From Octopus sinensis (taxonomy: Eukaryota), in contig NC_042997.1 of assembly GCF_006345805.1 (NCBI RefSeq), forward strand, positions 32,550,001-32,614,000: 64,000 nucleotides of DNA, in the 5' to 3' direction. Position numbers and translations under genes: made by a program. Every line of letters starts with the position of its first letter. The first letter of the stretch is position 1. Of the stretch, positions 12,268 to 25,477 are shown piece after piece. The notes beneath the pieces are model-generated. The model saw only the letters and a program-made list of their open reading frames with translations, did not search any database and was not told where the DNA came from.

Positions 12268-15200
12268 CATATATATCATCATCATCATTGCTTAACGTCC
12301 GTTTTCCATGCTAGCATGGGTTGGACGGTTCGACTGGGGTCTGGGAAGCCAGGAGGCTGCACCAGGCTCCAGACTGATCTGGCAGTGTTTCTACAGCTGG
12401 ATGCCCTTCCTAACACCAACCACTCCATGAGTGTAGTGGGTGCTTTTTACGTGCCACCAGCACAGGTATCACAACTGCAATTTCCATTTGATATTTATTT
12501 TGATGTTGATGTATATATATGCCTGCTCACATGTGTGTACATTTATATGTCTTTTCTATTGTTTCAGTCATTGAACTGCAGCCTGCTGGGACACTTCCTT
12601 GAAGAGTTTAGTCAAATGAATCAACCCCCAGTACTAATTTTTAAGTTTGGTACATATTGCATTGGTCTGTTTTGCTGAACAGCTAACATTTATGCAAACA
12701 CTCTAACACTGGATGTCAAATGGAAGTCGGGGGGAAAACACACACACACACAACAGGCTTCTACACAATAAGTGAATTCACTTACAAGGTACTTACTAGA
12801 GCTATGGCAGAGTACACTTAAAGTGCCATGCAGTGAGACTGGAGTCAAAATCACATAGTCCCCAGTTGAGCTCCTTACCTAACCACATGGCCATGCCTTC
12901 ACACAGACACAAACTAAAAGTACTTACCTGGAGAACTGCATCTTCCAAAATAATTGATTCACGTAATCGGACACCAGCTTTCACTTTCACATTTTTACCA
13001 ATTGTCACATTTGGTCCAACCTAGCGAAGAGAGAAAGATATAAATTGGAAGATGAGTAGTGTAAATATAAGACACTGCCTTAACAGATTCCTCAGTTTCC
13101 AAATTCAATTGATAAAAAGGTATATAACAAATCATGACATGACATTTAAAAAAAAAAAATTACGTTAGGCACTGTCAATCTCCCTATGAATAAGATATTT
13201 AAAGCACTGCCAGACAAATGAGATTGATGTGACCAATGCCAAGTCTGAATCTCAGAACGTTTGCAACAGAATAGACTTTGATCAAGGCATTAAACTAAAT
13301 AGATGTTAAACCTGGTGTCATACTATGTTCCTCTCCCACCTGTATCTTATGAACCTTGTGAATCATTGAAATTTTATTTAAACTTGTTTTTGAGAAATAC
13401 ATCTAAATAATGAGCAAAAAGAACTGACTGAAATGTAGAACCAACAAAAACCTCAACGTTAATAGTACAATAGAAGCCATACTAACTCTAGCAGTAATTT
13501 CATCTTTAAACCATGGGCAAATGCAAACAATGTTAAGAGTTTTCCTGTTATATTTCTTATGCTGCCTAATTTTTCATTTTTTCCAATTTAATAATAGTTG
13601 GAACAAGATTACGTATCAATTGTTTCAAATCTGTAAGTCAATGTAAGTAACATAAGACCTATTCTTAGGAACATTATGGAGTATCTATCATTATAGATGG
13701 AGGGAAGGATGTTAGTGATGAAAAGGTAAGGTCTCATCATCACCGTTTAGCGTCCGCTTTCCATGCTGGCATGGGTTGGACGGTGCAACTGGGGTCTGGG
13801 AAGCCAGAAGGCTGCACCAGGCCCAGTCTGATCTGGCAATGTTTCTACGGCTGGATGCCTTTCCTAACGCCAACCACTCCATGAGTGTAGTAGATACTTT
13901 TTACATGCCACCGGCACAGGTGCCAGACGAGGCTGGCAAATGGCCATGATCGGGTGGTGCTTTTTATGTGCCACCAGCACGGAGGCCAGGCGTTCAACTG
14001 AAATCTGAAACTAGACTGCAGTGCTGGTTAACTGAAAGCTTAATTTTATTCAATGACACACATCAGGAGATTAATGGTTAATTCAAAATCATAAGGAAGA
14101 AAGTTTGGTGAACGAACTCTTTTAACTTTGTCTAGCATGAGATGTTTAATAAAAAGAATATGGAACTAATCACTAAAACAACAAAATAATTAATTAAGGA
14201 AAAACAAAAAAATAATAACAAAAGTAGCAGCAACAGCACTGAGAAATGGAAGCAAACCTCAATAACTTACAACACATGTAGGGTCTACTTGAGCAGTAGG
14301 GTGGATATAGACATCACCAATGATTTTTGGAGAATCTTCTGAATTCACAGCCAACCTGTCTGGGTGGGTTTTGTTGTAAATGGCAAGATAATGGCGATTT
14401 GCATATATAGCAGCTCTAGAAAAAAACGAGACAGAAGAACATGTTAACAACAAACAAGGCAAACAATTGTAGCATCAACATATAGGGTACCGTGAAATGT
14501 TTAATGAAAACCAAACTGTTGTGTGGCTAAATCTCTCAACTTAGGAAAGAATTTCTAATCTGTTGTCTGGAGAGAGTCATTCTCTTTTAGTGCCTTATTA
14601 TTTAACACACTCACCGGTAAGGGTCAAGACTATTGAAAAGGTTGCAAGACGCAACGAAAATTTTAGAAAATAAAAATAAGAAATAAGTGGATTTTAGGAA
14701 AATAAAAAAATAAGTGGAAATTTCACCGGTGAGTGTGTTAAATAATAAGGCATTAAAAGAGAATGACTCTCCCCAGACACAACAGAATATGCTTCAACAC
14801 ACGAACTCATATAAAGAATCTTGCAAACCAAATCCAAAAATGAAAAATTTCTCATCTACTGTAAGGATTTTAATTGTTTTTGGCACTGAACTCTTCAATT
14901 CCATATACTTCGTTTGGTCTAACTTTGGGAAATAACTACCTAATCTGGGAACATGAAATTTTCACTCTGACATACTAACCATTCTCATCATGTCCTCATC
15001 ATTTTACATTTGCATTCCATTCTGATATGCATTGGGTCGGGCAGGTTGCTGTGGTCTTATTCCTTATTTGGAGTTTCTGCTCTCGGCAGGCTGATTTCCT
15101 TTCCAAACATTAAATAATTCACAGGTATATTGAGTGCACTTTATCATGGCATCACCACTACAGAAGTTATTTCCTTGACAACACTAAAAATTCTTCTTAT

Positions 15201-18200
15201 ACTGTGTTTATATAAACTTTTATTCATTCTATATATATAACGCAAAGTAAATACAAACAACAAAGACCAACAAAATTCCAAAGGATATTCACAGTTCTTA
15301 ATAGTATTGTTAGGCTGGTGCTCAAAGAAGGAAAATAGTTATAGAGTAAAAGTTTAACATTTCAGACATAATCCTTTGATGGATACTAGAGGAAAGTCCA
15401 GGAGAGATAGGAAGTGAGATCTCTTTTTCTAGCTCCTTTCCCCTCTTCTGGACTTTCCTCTAGTATCTGATGAAAGACTATGTTGAAAATGTTATACTTT
15501 AATTCTACAACTTTATTTTCTTTCTTTGAATGTCAATCAAATAATATTAACTGTGAACATCCCTTGGACTTCCATTGGTTTTTGTTATTTGTATTTACTT
15601 TGCTTTATATATTTCCATTTCAACTAGTAAACAATGGAAAAGGTATCCATCTATCCCATTCAATTCCAAACACAATATAGGAGGACTCTTTCATTAGAGA
15701 AGTAACAGAAATAACTGAGAAGAGAGATATGCCATTCCTCTCTGAGATATATCAGTGTAATAATTATTAGGTAAAACAGAACTCCCTAATCTCCTGGTTC
15801 TTACTACATAGACATGGTCAGCAGCTGCCACAAAGCAATCACATTCTTACATCAGTTACACATTCAGTTACATTTGAGGCTGAGCAAGTAGGATGTTCAG
15901 ATTAAGTATTGACAAAAAGTAGAAAGGAAACCATCATCATCTTTTAACATCCATTCTCAATGCTGGTATGGGTTGGACAGTTTTGACAGGAACTGGTATG
16001 GTAGAGAGCTGCCCAGGCTTCATTTGCTTCTTTTGACATAGTTTCTATGGCTGGATGCCCTTCCTGATGCCAACCACTTTACAGAGTGTACTGGGTGCTT
16101 TTACATGGCACTGACAAAAGGGCTTTTACATGACACTGGCAGGGGCATTTTTACATGGCACCCGCACGGACACTTTTACGTGGCACTGGCACAAGAAAAA
16201 ATAATGTAGGAACAAATTAAACGGATAATCCAACAGCTTTTCCTTCAAATAATTTCCTACCTTTTTTGAATTACAGAACCATAAATTCTGGAGTTTCTTA
16301 TTTACCATAACCAGTAATTAAAATACCCTCCTCAGCATCATTGGTTTCCACATCTATTTTTCCATGATGGTATAAATATTGGTCGGATTTAAAATAAAAC
16401 AGTATCTGCTTACAAGATTTACTCTCATGTAATTTCAATTGAACCTCTGAAGCTTTAAGGTCTGTCTGGACTGATTTTGTAACCAATTTCTTATTTCTTT
16501 ATTGCCCACAAGGGTCTAAACACAGAGGGGACAAACAAGGACAGACAAAGGGATTAAGTCGATTATATCGACCCCCAGTGTGTAACTGGTACTTATTTAA
16601 TCAACCCCGAAAGGATGAAAGGCAAAGTTGACCTTGGCAGAATTTGAACTCAGACGAAGCATTTCGCCTGGCATGCTAACATTTCTGCCAGCTCGCCACC
16701 TTTGTAATCAATTTCTATCCATTACTCACTCATGGTGATTTTTCATCTAGTTTGGTATCACTAATTCACGTCATATCCTCTAAAAACCTCTGATATCTTG
16801 TCATTTTCTTAGTTCAGAATTAGATATAAATAACAGTGTATCAGTTATATCCTATCCAATTAATACCAACACTGACTTGGTAGTTTTAGTGACTATATTC
16901 TCTTCAGTTCAACTGAGGAATCAAATTGTTTTTTTTTTTTTTGAATAAGAAAATAGTTAATAAATAATATTATCTGTGAAATGAAAGGAACATATAGAAA
17001 AACGACATACCCAGCTGATTTTATTTGACTCCAGAATTTGTTGGTGTGGCAAATAAACAATTTTCCACTTCCTGCTAATGGTACGAAGATATCTTGTTCT
17101 AAACGTATCATTTCTCGAGACTGGACAGGATCATCAAGTCTAGAATTCATAGCAAAGTTAGAAATGAGTTACTTAAAGAACAAGAAAATATACTGTATTT
17201 TCTGGCATATAAATTGAAATTTTCAGACTAAAATTAAAAAAAAAAAAAAAAATGGTAGATTAATGTATATATCATGACAACTTTGGAGGACCTTCCATGT
17301 GAAATGCAGCAGAATTTGGGAAAGAAGTGATATTTGAATGTTTACACTATATATTGTCTCTGGATGTCAGAAAATGTGATATTGATAATAAAACAAACTT
17401 TAAAATCTCAACAAAAATGTTACAGGTTTAGACTATTAACACAACCATAGTACAAATTGTATTGTGTACATGTAAATATTAGATAAAGTTATTTTAAGAA
17501 TAATAACTGAACATTTACTACTAGGGTGATTCAACACAGAGTAAAGTGAAATTTGACTGGCACCTGTTGGCCAATTCAATCTCAATGAACAAGCAAATAA
17601 AAGAAACTTGAAGTCCCAATCAACTTGAATTTTACAGCACACACACCACACACACACATCAAAATAAAAGAATGGATAAGTTTTTTGGTATTATTTATTC
17701 ATCATTACACAGGTTTCATTTGCTAATGGTAGTTGCAAAATTCTACATGTAGGAGAAATATGCGCAGGAGTGGCTATGTGGTAAGTAGCTTGTTTACCAA
17801 CCACATGGTTCCGGGTTCAGTCCCACTGCGTGGCACCTTGGGCAAGTGTCTTCTACTATAGCCTCGGGCTGACCAAAGCCTTGTGAGTGGATTTGGTAGA
17901 TGGAAACTGAAAGAATCCCGTCATATATATATATACGTGTATGTGTTTGTCCCCCTAGCATTGCATGACAACTGATGCTGGTGTGTTTATGTCCCCGTTA
18001 GTTAGCGGTTCGGCAAAAGAGACCGATAGAATAAGTACTGGGCTTACAAAAGAATAAGTCACGGGGTCGAGTTGCTCGATTAAAGGCGGTGCTCCAGCAT
18101 GGCCGCAGTCAAATGACTGAAACAAGTAAAAGAGTAAAGACACTGCCAATTAGAAATTAGAATCATATAATTTTGTAATTCCTATTAGCAAATAAAATGT

Positions 18201-21200
18201 GTAATGGTGAATAGATAATACAAAATTGTTTTCCAATCTCCTGTTCTGATATGTAACTACTCGGCAAAAAGTATTTTCCAGAATTATCAACTCTTATGTA
18301 TATTTCACACAAATACAGTGATTGTCTATATATGATTTTAGTCTAGTCTCAGGTCAGCCCTGATAAAGTATATTTGCTGTCAATCAAAGTCATTTCAGCT
18401 GTGACCATCCAAATTTTTTTTGAGGCACAGTGAACTCCTGAAACATTATAATACTACTTTTCTAAGAAACTAAGGGTGTAATTTGTGGAAGATTTGGTTC
18501 TTATTTCTAGCAGATGTAACCAATATCAAAATGAAGATATAAATATACAACTGCTAAAGAACCACTTATAAATACAAGTGGAATAAAATCCCATTCTTGA
18601 CTAAAAGTGGCTATTGCTAGAACACATAATTACAGCAGTTCTTTTTTCAGGTCAACCACCAACAGATCAATGGCATCAAAGTAGGCAAAGGTACAAACTT
18701 CAAAATACTATTCAGCAACCAAGATGATAGAACATAACATCTGGAGTAACAATGGATTAAAATAATAATAATAATTGTGTACAGTGCTCAGGTGCACTAC
18801 AACTCATCTAAAGTGTATATATAATCAGGTGTAGTTTCGGCGGATTTCGGAAAGCATGAGGGCCTTAAAGGATGCAGTGTCATGGCAGTCAACAACTGAC
18901 GCAGGCAGTTTATTCCATGCTTCAGCAACCCTGAGCGTGAAAAAATGTTTTCGAAAGTCATGGGAGCTGTGCTGTTTTCTGACTTTGTAGTCAGAAGCTT
19001 TGGCTTTGAATAAGTGAATACACAGGCATATATATCATTCATCTATGTGTGTGTATCACATATGCATGTAAAACATACTTATAAGACATAAATACATCAT
19101 CATTGTTTTAGCATGTTTTTCCAAGTTGGCTTGGATTGGATGGCCTTCCCATATTGCTTATTGCCAATTTGCTCTTACATCACATCTTATTGAGGATCAG
19201 CATTCCTCTGGTTGTCACAAGTATGCTGCACTACAGAGCAGAGCATTTGTTTACTGAGAAAGCAAATGTCACCATCTTTTGCTATACACTCTAATGTTAG
19301 AAGTGAGTAGATTCTGATCAATGATTCTGTTCAATCCACTGGCAAAGAAGCCAGCCATACTGTCAGCTGTATGATATTATGGGTCCAAAAATTTAATTCT
19401 GCACACCTGATATACAACACACATAAAGAGTTTATTTTTCTTACAGAAACAATATATCTTCAAATATAATTTCGAAAAATAAACACAATAAACACAGAAA
19501 AATAAGACAACAGTGAATAACAAAGCAGTGCACAACAGCTATGTTACAACAGAGTACACTATTTTACAGTCTATATTGCTAATGGTACAAGTTACTAATG
19601 CCAGCAGTGAAACCACAATAACTGTGTAACCCACTAGGATTAAAACAATTATAATTATACATCTAGAACCAATTACTCAATTCCATTCACCTTCCACCCT
19701 ACTAAAAAATTTACGAATAAGAAAAACTGATACTAACACAATATAACAGAAGTCTCTTATAGACCATGAAGTGGATTTAGCTTTTGACTAATTGTTTATA
19801 GATCTTGAATGCAATTCTACTATAGGGATTTCATAATATGATTTAGGCAATACACTCATTCTGCAGATCACTTGGCAATTATACCATATCAGTACTCGAC
19901 TGGTGTGCAAGTCAAATGAAAGAGTTGTTTATTTCTAATTCACATGACACCATAAAATCAGAGGTACTTTAGGATTTAGAAGCTGCAAGCCCAATACTAA
20001 TTCTGGTATTCACTTATACTTGTTTAAATACTCTAAGTTATGAACAACAAAAAAAATAAAAATCAGACAGCTGCATGCTATCTAGGAATTTATAGTAGAT
20101 GAAAATTTAATTATCAAAATATTAATTACCAAGCAAAGACTTCAAAAATCTAGTCATGAATTTCTGAAATTCTCATTAATTCCAGTTATAGTGCTATAGA
20201 CAAATCCTTCCAAGATGGGGTACTAGTCTATCAAAAGCATCTCCTGAAGAACTTCAAGTACGTATTTTGAAAAGCTAGGTCAAGTGAAGTATATAACAGA
20301 CTCATTAATTTGAGGTTTCTAGATGGTTGCTTGGCCTGTTAGAACTAGCAGTCAAATCTCCCTCAACTCATGTCTTAACATCATGGATTATGTAGTCTTG
20401 AGTATACTACTTTTAAAAAATAAAAGAGAAGATGATTGTGGCTTAAATGTCTTTGATCAAAGGTCAGACTGACCAAGGTTGATTTAGGACTAAATACTTG
20501 TTTTTCTCAATAATTTAATCAGAAGAGGAAGAACAGTACTAATGGCATACAAGAAAGGAAGATCTTGGTAACCCCAGACCAAAGACTATGTTTGAATGCC
20601 TGCAACAGAATGGATACCACTAAAAGCTTTAACAAGTGAGGTGGTGGTGTTAAACTGGGCAACAAATTAAGTCTACAAGAACACATCAAAATGCTTGTTA
20701 CGAAGCATTTGAAAACATGCTCTGTATAATATCTTATCTACTTACCTAAATAACTCAAAAGTTCTTAACTAAAATAGAAAATAAATTAACAACTAATTCA
20801 TAGACTATTAACCTCAGCTTGTACCCCACCCCCACACGTCCTATAAAATAATGTATTTATGATTTATCTTTACAAATAAGTACACAAGATATCTCTTAAA
20901 AGTTCCTTCTCTCAGAATTACCAATATGTTACAGACAAACTAATGGGAAATATTTTTGTCACTGAGAATCAAAACAGCTATTTTTCACTGCTGGCTTCAG
21001 TATATGTGATTAGGTAACAGGAAAGAATTGGTTTAACTGAAAAAGCATGCAAAATAATAACAAGAGACAACAGAGAAGTTGCATACAAGAATTACCAAAT
21101 CGATAAAATCTAGTACTAGGTTAAACAAAAGCATTTTTTACGTGTTTTGAGTGCTGAAGTTCTTAATTTTGGCACTGTTATTAATTATAAACAGGATGTT

Positions 21201-24200
21201 ACTTAAAGGAAAAGAAAAAAAATGTTTTAATAATAACAAATATATATTAACAGTTATTATGAACAATTAATCTACATATATTTTATGTTTACAACTGACT
21301 TGAAAACTTTCCCCATTTACAAGTTTCAGGTATTAAACCATAACTATTCAGGGCTACCCAGTGCCCTGTGGTGTGAAGTGTATGTTTGGAATGGAGCACC
21401 CCAGAGTTACTTAAACTTAGATGGTAAAGAGAAATAACCAAATATTACGAAGTATTTTGACCAAGATTCTGATGGTTCTATCATCATCATCATCGTTTAG
21501 CGTCTGCTTTCCATGCTAGCATGGGTTGGACGGTTCAACTGGGGTCTGTGAAGCCAGAAGGCTGCATCAGGCCCAGTCTGATCTGGCAGTGTTTCTACGG
21601 CTGGATGCCCTTCCTAACGCCAACCACTCCGTGAGTGTAGTGGGTGCTTTTTACGTGCCACCTGCACAGGTGCCAGACGGAGCTGGCAAAATGGCCACGG
21701 ACGGATGGTGCTTTTTACATGCCACCGGCACGGGGGCCAGGCGAGGCTGGCAACAGCCACGATCGGATGGTGCTTTTTACGTGCCACCGGCACGTGTGCC
21801 AGGAGAGACTATTCAACTATATTTTACATTTTGAGTTTAAATCCAGCTGAGGTCATCACTGACTTTAACAGGTCAAATCCCGCCAAGGCTGACTTTGCTT
21901 TCATCCTTCTGGGCTTCATAAAGCACAAACCAAACACTATTGTAAACTCTTATTCCCACTTCACTCTCTCCCTCAGTATCAGCTATATTGTGCTGTAAAT
22001 GAATTGTAGGGTGACCCACTCAGTGCCCTCTTCCTCCAAAAGATGGGAGAAAGTTGTCCCAGAGGCTAGTAACCATCTTTTATGCAACAAACTACAAAAA
22101 TATGATCCAAAGGAACCGTAGACACTTGGGTGTGGAGTGACTGATATGCTATACAGAAGAGAATTGTTGAAAAGGAAAAAAAGAAATGAAAATTGAATTG
22201 ACTCTAAGGTGGTACTTAATATTTACACTATCACCCCTGCAGAGGGATGGAAGATTGTGTCAATTTTGGCGGAATGTGAACATGAAACATAAAATACCTT
22301 TAAAAAAAAAATCATAAATCACTTGTTTTTTTATATTTCACCTCTAATAATAATATTGGTTTCAAATTTTGGCACAAGGCCAGCAAGTTTAGGGAAAGAG
22401 ATAAGTCGACTACATCGACCCTAGTCCTCAACTTGTACTTATTTTATTAACCCCCAAAAGGCTGAAAAGCAAAGTCAACCTCAGCAGAATTTGAACTCAG
22501 GACATGTAGATGGATGAAATGTGACTGAGCATTTTGCCTGGAATGCCTAATGATTCTGCCAGCTTGTCACCTTAGCTTTAATAATAATATTACTTACGAG
22601 CAAAACGCCCCACCTCCAATGGACGGTGCTGAGTTGTCAAACATTTAAACCAAATTTTCTTAAAACAACTGATCGTCCCATAGGCCTTCCCGTTGAGAAA
22701 CACTGATTTAACCTAAATTTGAGACACCAGCAAAAGAAGAAATAAAGATAGACTTTTTCTATTCCAAAGAAAAATGATTTCCCATGGCTTTATCGATCAC
22801 ATTCTCACCTGGAATCGATTTTTGTAATTTTTTCAAGACTTATACACGCCCTAATACTGCAATCGGATGAAGGGTTTCCAAGATCCTAGAAGCCACACAC
22901 ACACAGACAGAACGGATTTTATATAAGAGATAATAATTTCTTACATTTACAATTTGAGGAAGTGTAAAAAAAGAGATGAACTATGTGAACTCAAAAGTTA
23001 ATAGTGGTTGTACCTAATACTACAAGACAAATTAGTTCAGCTCTCTACAACTTGGTATCACCTAATAACTTTAATTATTTCTAGCATAGGCAAAAAGCTT
23101 GAAATTTGGGAGAGTTGGCTTGTTGATACCATAATCCCCAGCACTCGAATGAAAGGCAAAGTTGAACTCAGAAATAAAAAAGAGAGGGAAGAAATACTAC
23201 AAGGCATTTTTCCTGATATTTCAAATTTTGGCACAAGGCCAACAATTTTAGGGGAGGGTGTAAATCGATTACATCAACCCAAGTGCTCAACTGATATTTA
23301 TTTTACCAATCCTGAAAATATGAAAGGCAAAGTTGACCTTGACAGAATTTGAACTCAGAATACAGAGCCAGACAAAATGTCACTAAGCATTTGGCCCAAT
23401 ATGCTAATGCTTCATCCTTGGCGCCACCTTACTTAATAATAATCATAATAAAGCCATTAAAAATAATTATTGAACAGACTATTATAATATATTATGATGA
23501 ACTTCAACTCAGGTGGTTTATGGTAGGTGAGTGGATTTTCTTTATTTTAATTAATGTGTATGTGAATCTGGGTGCATAGGTTACTTCAAACAGGTTAATA
23601 CAAATTCAAAGATATTCGTACCCAAATTCCATGTCCAACGGTATACGACTAATTCACAAAATAAAGGAAACAATATAAAAAAAAAAGAGAAAGCTATAAA
23701 TAAATATATACATACATATATACACACACACAAATATTTTTATATGTATGATGTACGTGTATATATGTGTGGCTGTGTGGTTTAAGAAGTTTTTTTCCCC
23801 CATCATTTGGCTCACATAGCAACACAGAAAGGCACTCATTTTTGTGGTAGTGTATATCATTAATGCACATTGATTTAGTCATATATTGATGTGTGTGGTC
23901 ATGCATAGATAGTTGACTTCACTATAGCAAGTACAAGGAGAAATACTGTACTCTTACAGGATGAATTTGGAGATGCACCAAAAAGATGAGTCAAAATTTT
24001 TGAAAAGACTGATTACACAGGATGAAACCTGGGTCCATCACTATGATCCAGAGACCAAAGCCCAGTCAATGCAGTGGAAGCACCGTGACTCACCTCCTCC
24101 AAAGAAGGCAAGGGTGCAGCCCTCCACTGGCAAGGTCATGCTCAGAGTCTTCTGGAACCAGGACGGAGTAGTGATGACAGATTTCTTGACAAAGGATACC

Positions 24201-25446
24201 ACAATTACAGGAGCCTATTATGTTTCACTTTTGAGGAAATTAAGAGAAGCTATCAAAATTAAGAGGCGGGGCAAGATCAGCAAAGGCATCCTCCTCCTGC
24301 AGGACAACGCTCCAGTCCATAACTTGCGTGTCACCAGATCAGAAGCACAGGCGTGTGGTTATGAACTCTCCCCCCATCCCCCCTACTCTCCTGACCTTGC
24401 ACCTTCTGATTTTCACCTCTTCCCAGCCATGAAGTTGTTTTTGAAAGGAAAGCGTTTCCCAGATGATGCAGCCTTGATTTCTGAAGTCATGTCGTGGTTG
24501 GAGGACCAAGCTGGGGGTCTTCTACAAAAACGGTCTCCAGAGCTGCATCAAACGATGGGAGAAATGCGTAACTCTGGGTGGTTCCTATGTAGAAAAAAAC
24601 TAATAACTGTGCCAAGTTTCGTTGCTCTACTGCTATGGGAAGTGGGTCAGGGGCATTACTTATTGAACGCCCCTCATAGTATACCTCCTATACATCAGAG
24701 ATCTTATTGCTGCCACACCCATTTCCATGCTAATGCTGCCACTCTACACTCCTCTTTAACTGACTAAGCAACTCAGACATCTCATGCTAAAGTTGTTGTG
24801 GTGCACCTGAGCACTGTATACAATAATTTCATTATTATCATTATAAAGCTTCTATGAACAAAGACCTACCAATGGAGACACGACAATCTACTGTCCTTCA
24901 AACAGCAGTAAGATATAATCGCTGTTCATAACAAGGAAAGCGTCTTGTATTTCACTCTATCTTAACTATGAACTATATGTAAATACAAACCTTCACAGAC
25001 GCCTCAAAAATTACATCTCACAACCTCTGATCTTGCCTACATAACTACATCCTAAAAACTTTTTATTTCACTGGCCTTTAAAAACATACAGCTACAATAC
25101 ATTGCTTATAGGGAATGTAAACACCACATAACTGTTTTGCTCAGATAGTGTCATGCAAAGATAGAATACTAATTGACATTCACATGATGGAATTCTATAC
25201 AGTTTCCTCTACCAGTTTCACTCATAGGGCCTTGATCAGTTTGAGGTCATAGGAGAAGACACTATCTTAAGGTGACATGCAGGAGTGGCTGTGTGGTAAG
25301 TAGCTTGCTAACCAACCACATGGTCCTGGGTTCAGTCCCACTGCATGGCATCTTGGGCAAGTGTCTTCTGCTATAGCCCCGGGCCGACCAATGCCTTGTG
25401 AGTGGATTTGGTAGACGGAAACTGAAAGAAGCCTGTCGTATATATG

Positions 25447-25477
<31 letters not shown>

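Noticed and set aside
20186-20257. Plus-strand exon-like segment (ttccag|...CAA|gtacgt) suggesting a nested antisense gene
   Set aside because: No recognisable protein similarity and no partner exons; needs RNA-seq.
23961-24767. Functional or domesticated (SETMAR-like) transposase gene
   Set aside because: The DNA-binding half is missing, the C-terminus is frameshifted, and there is no SET domain or splice partner.
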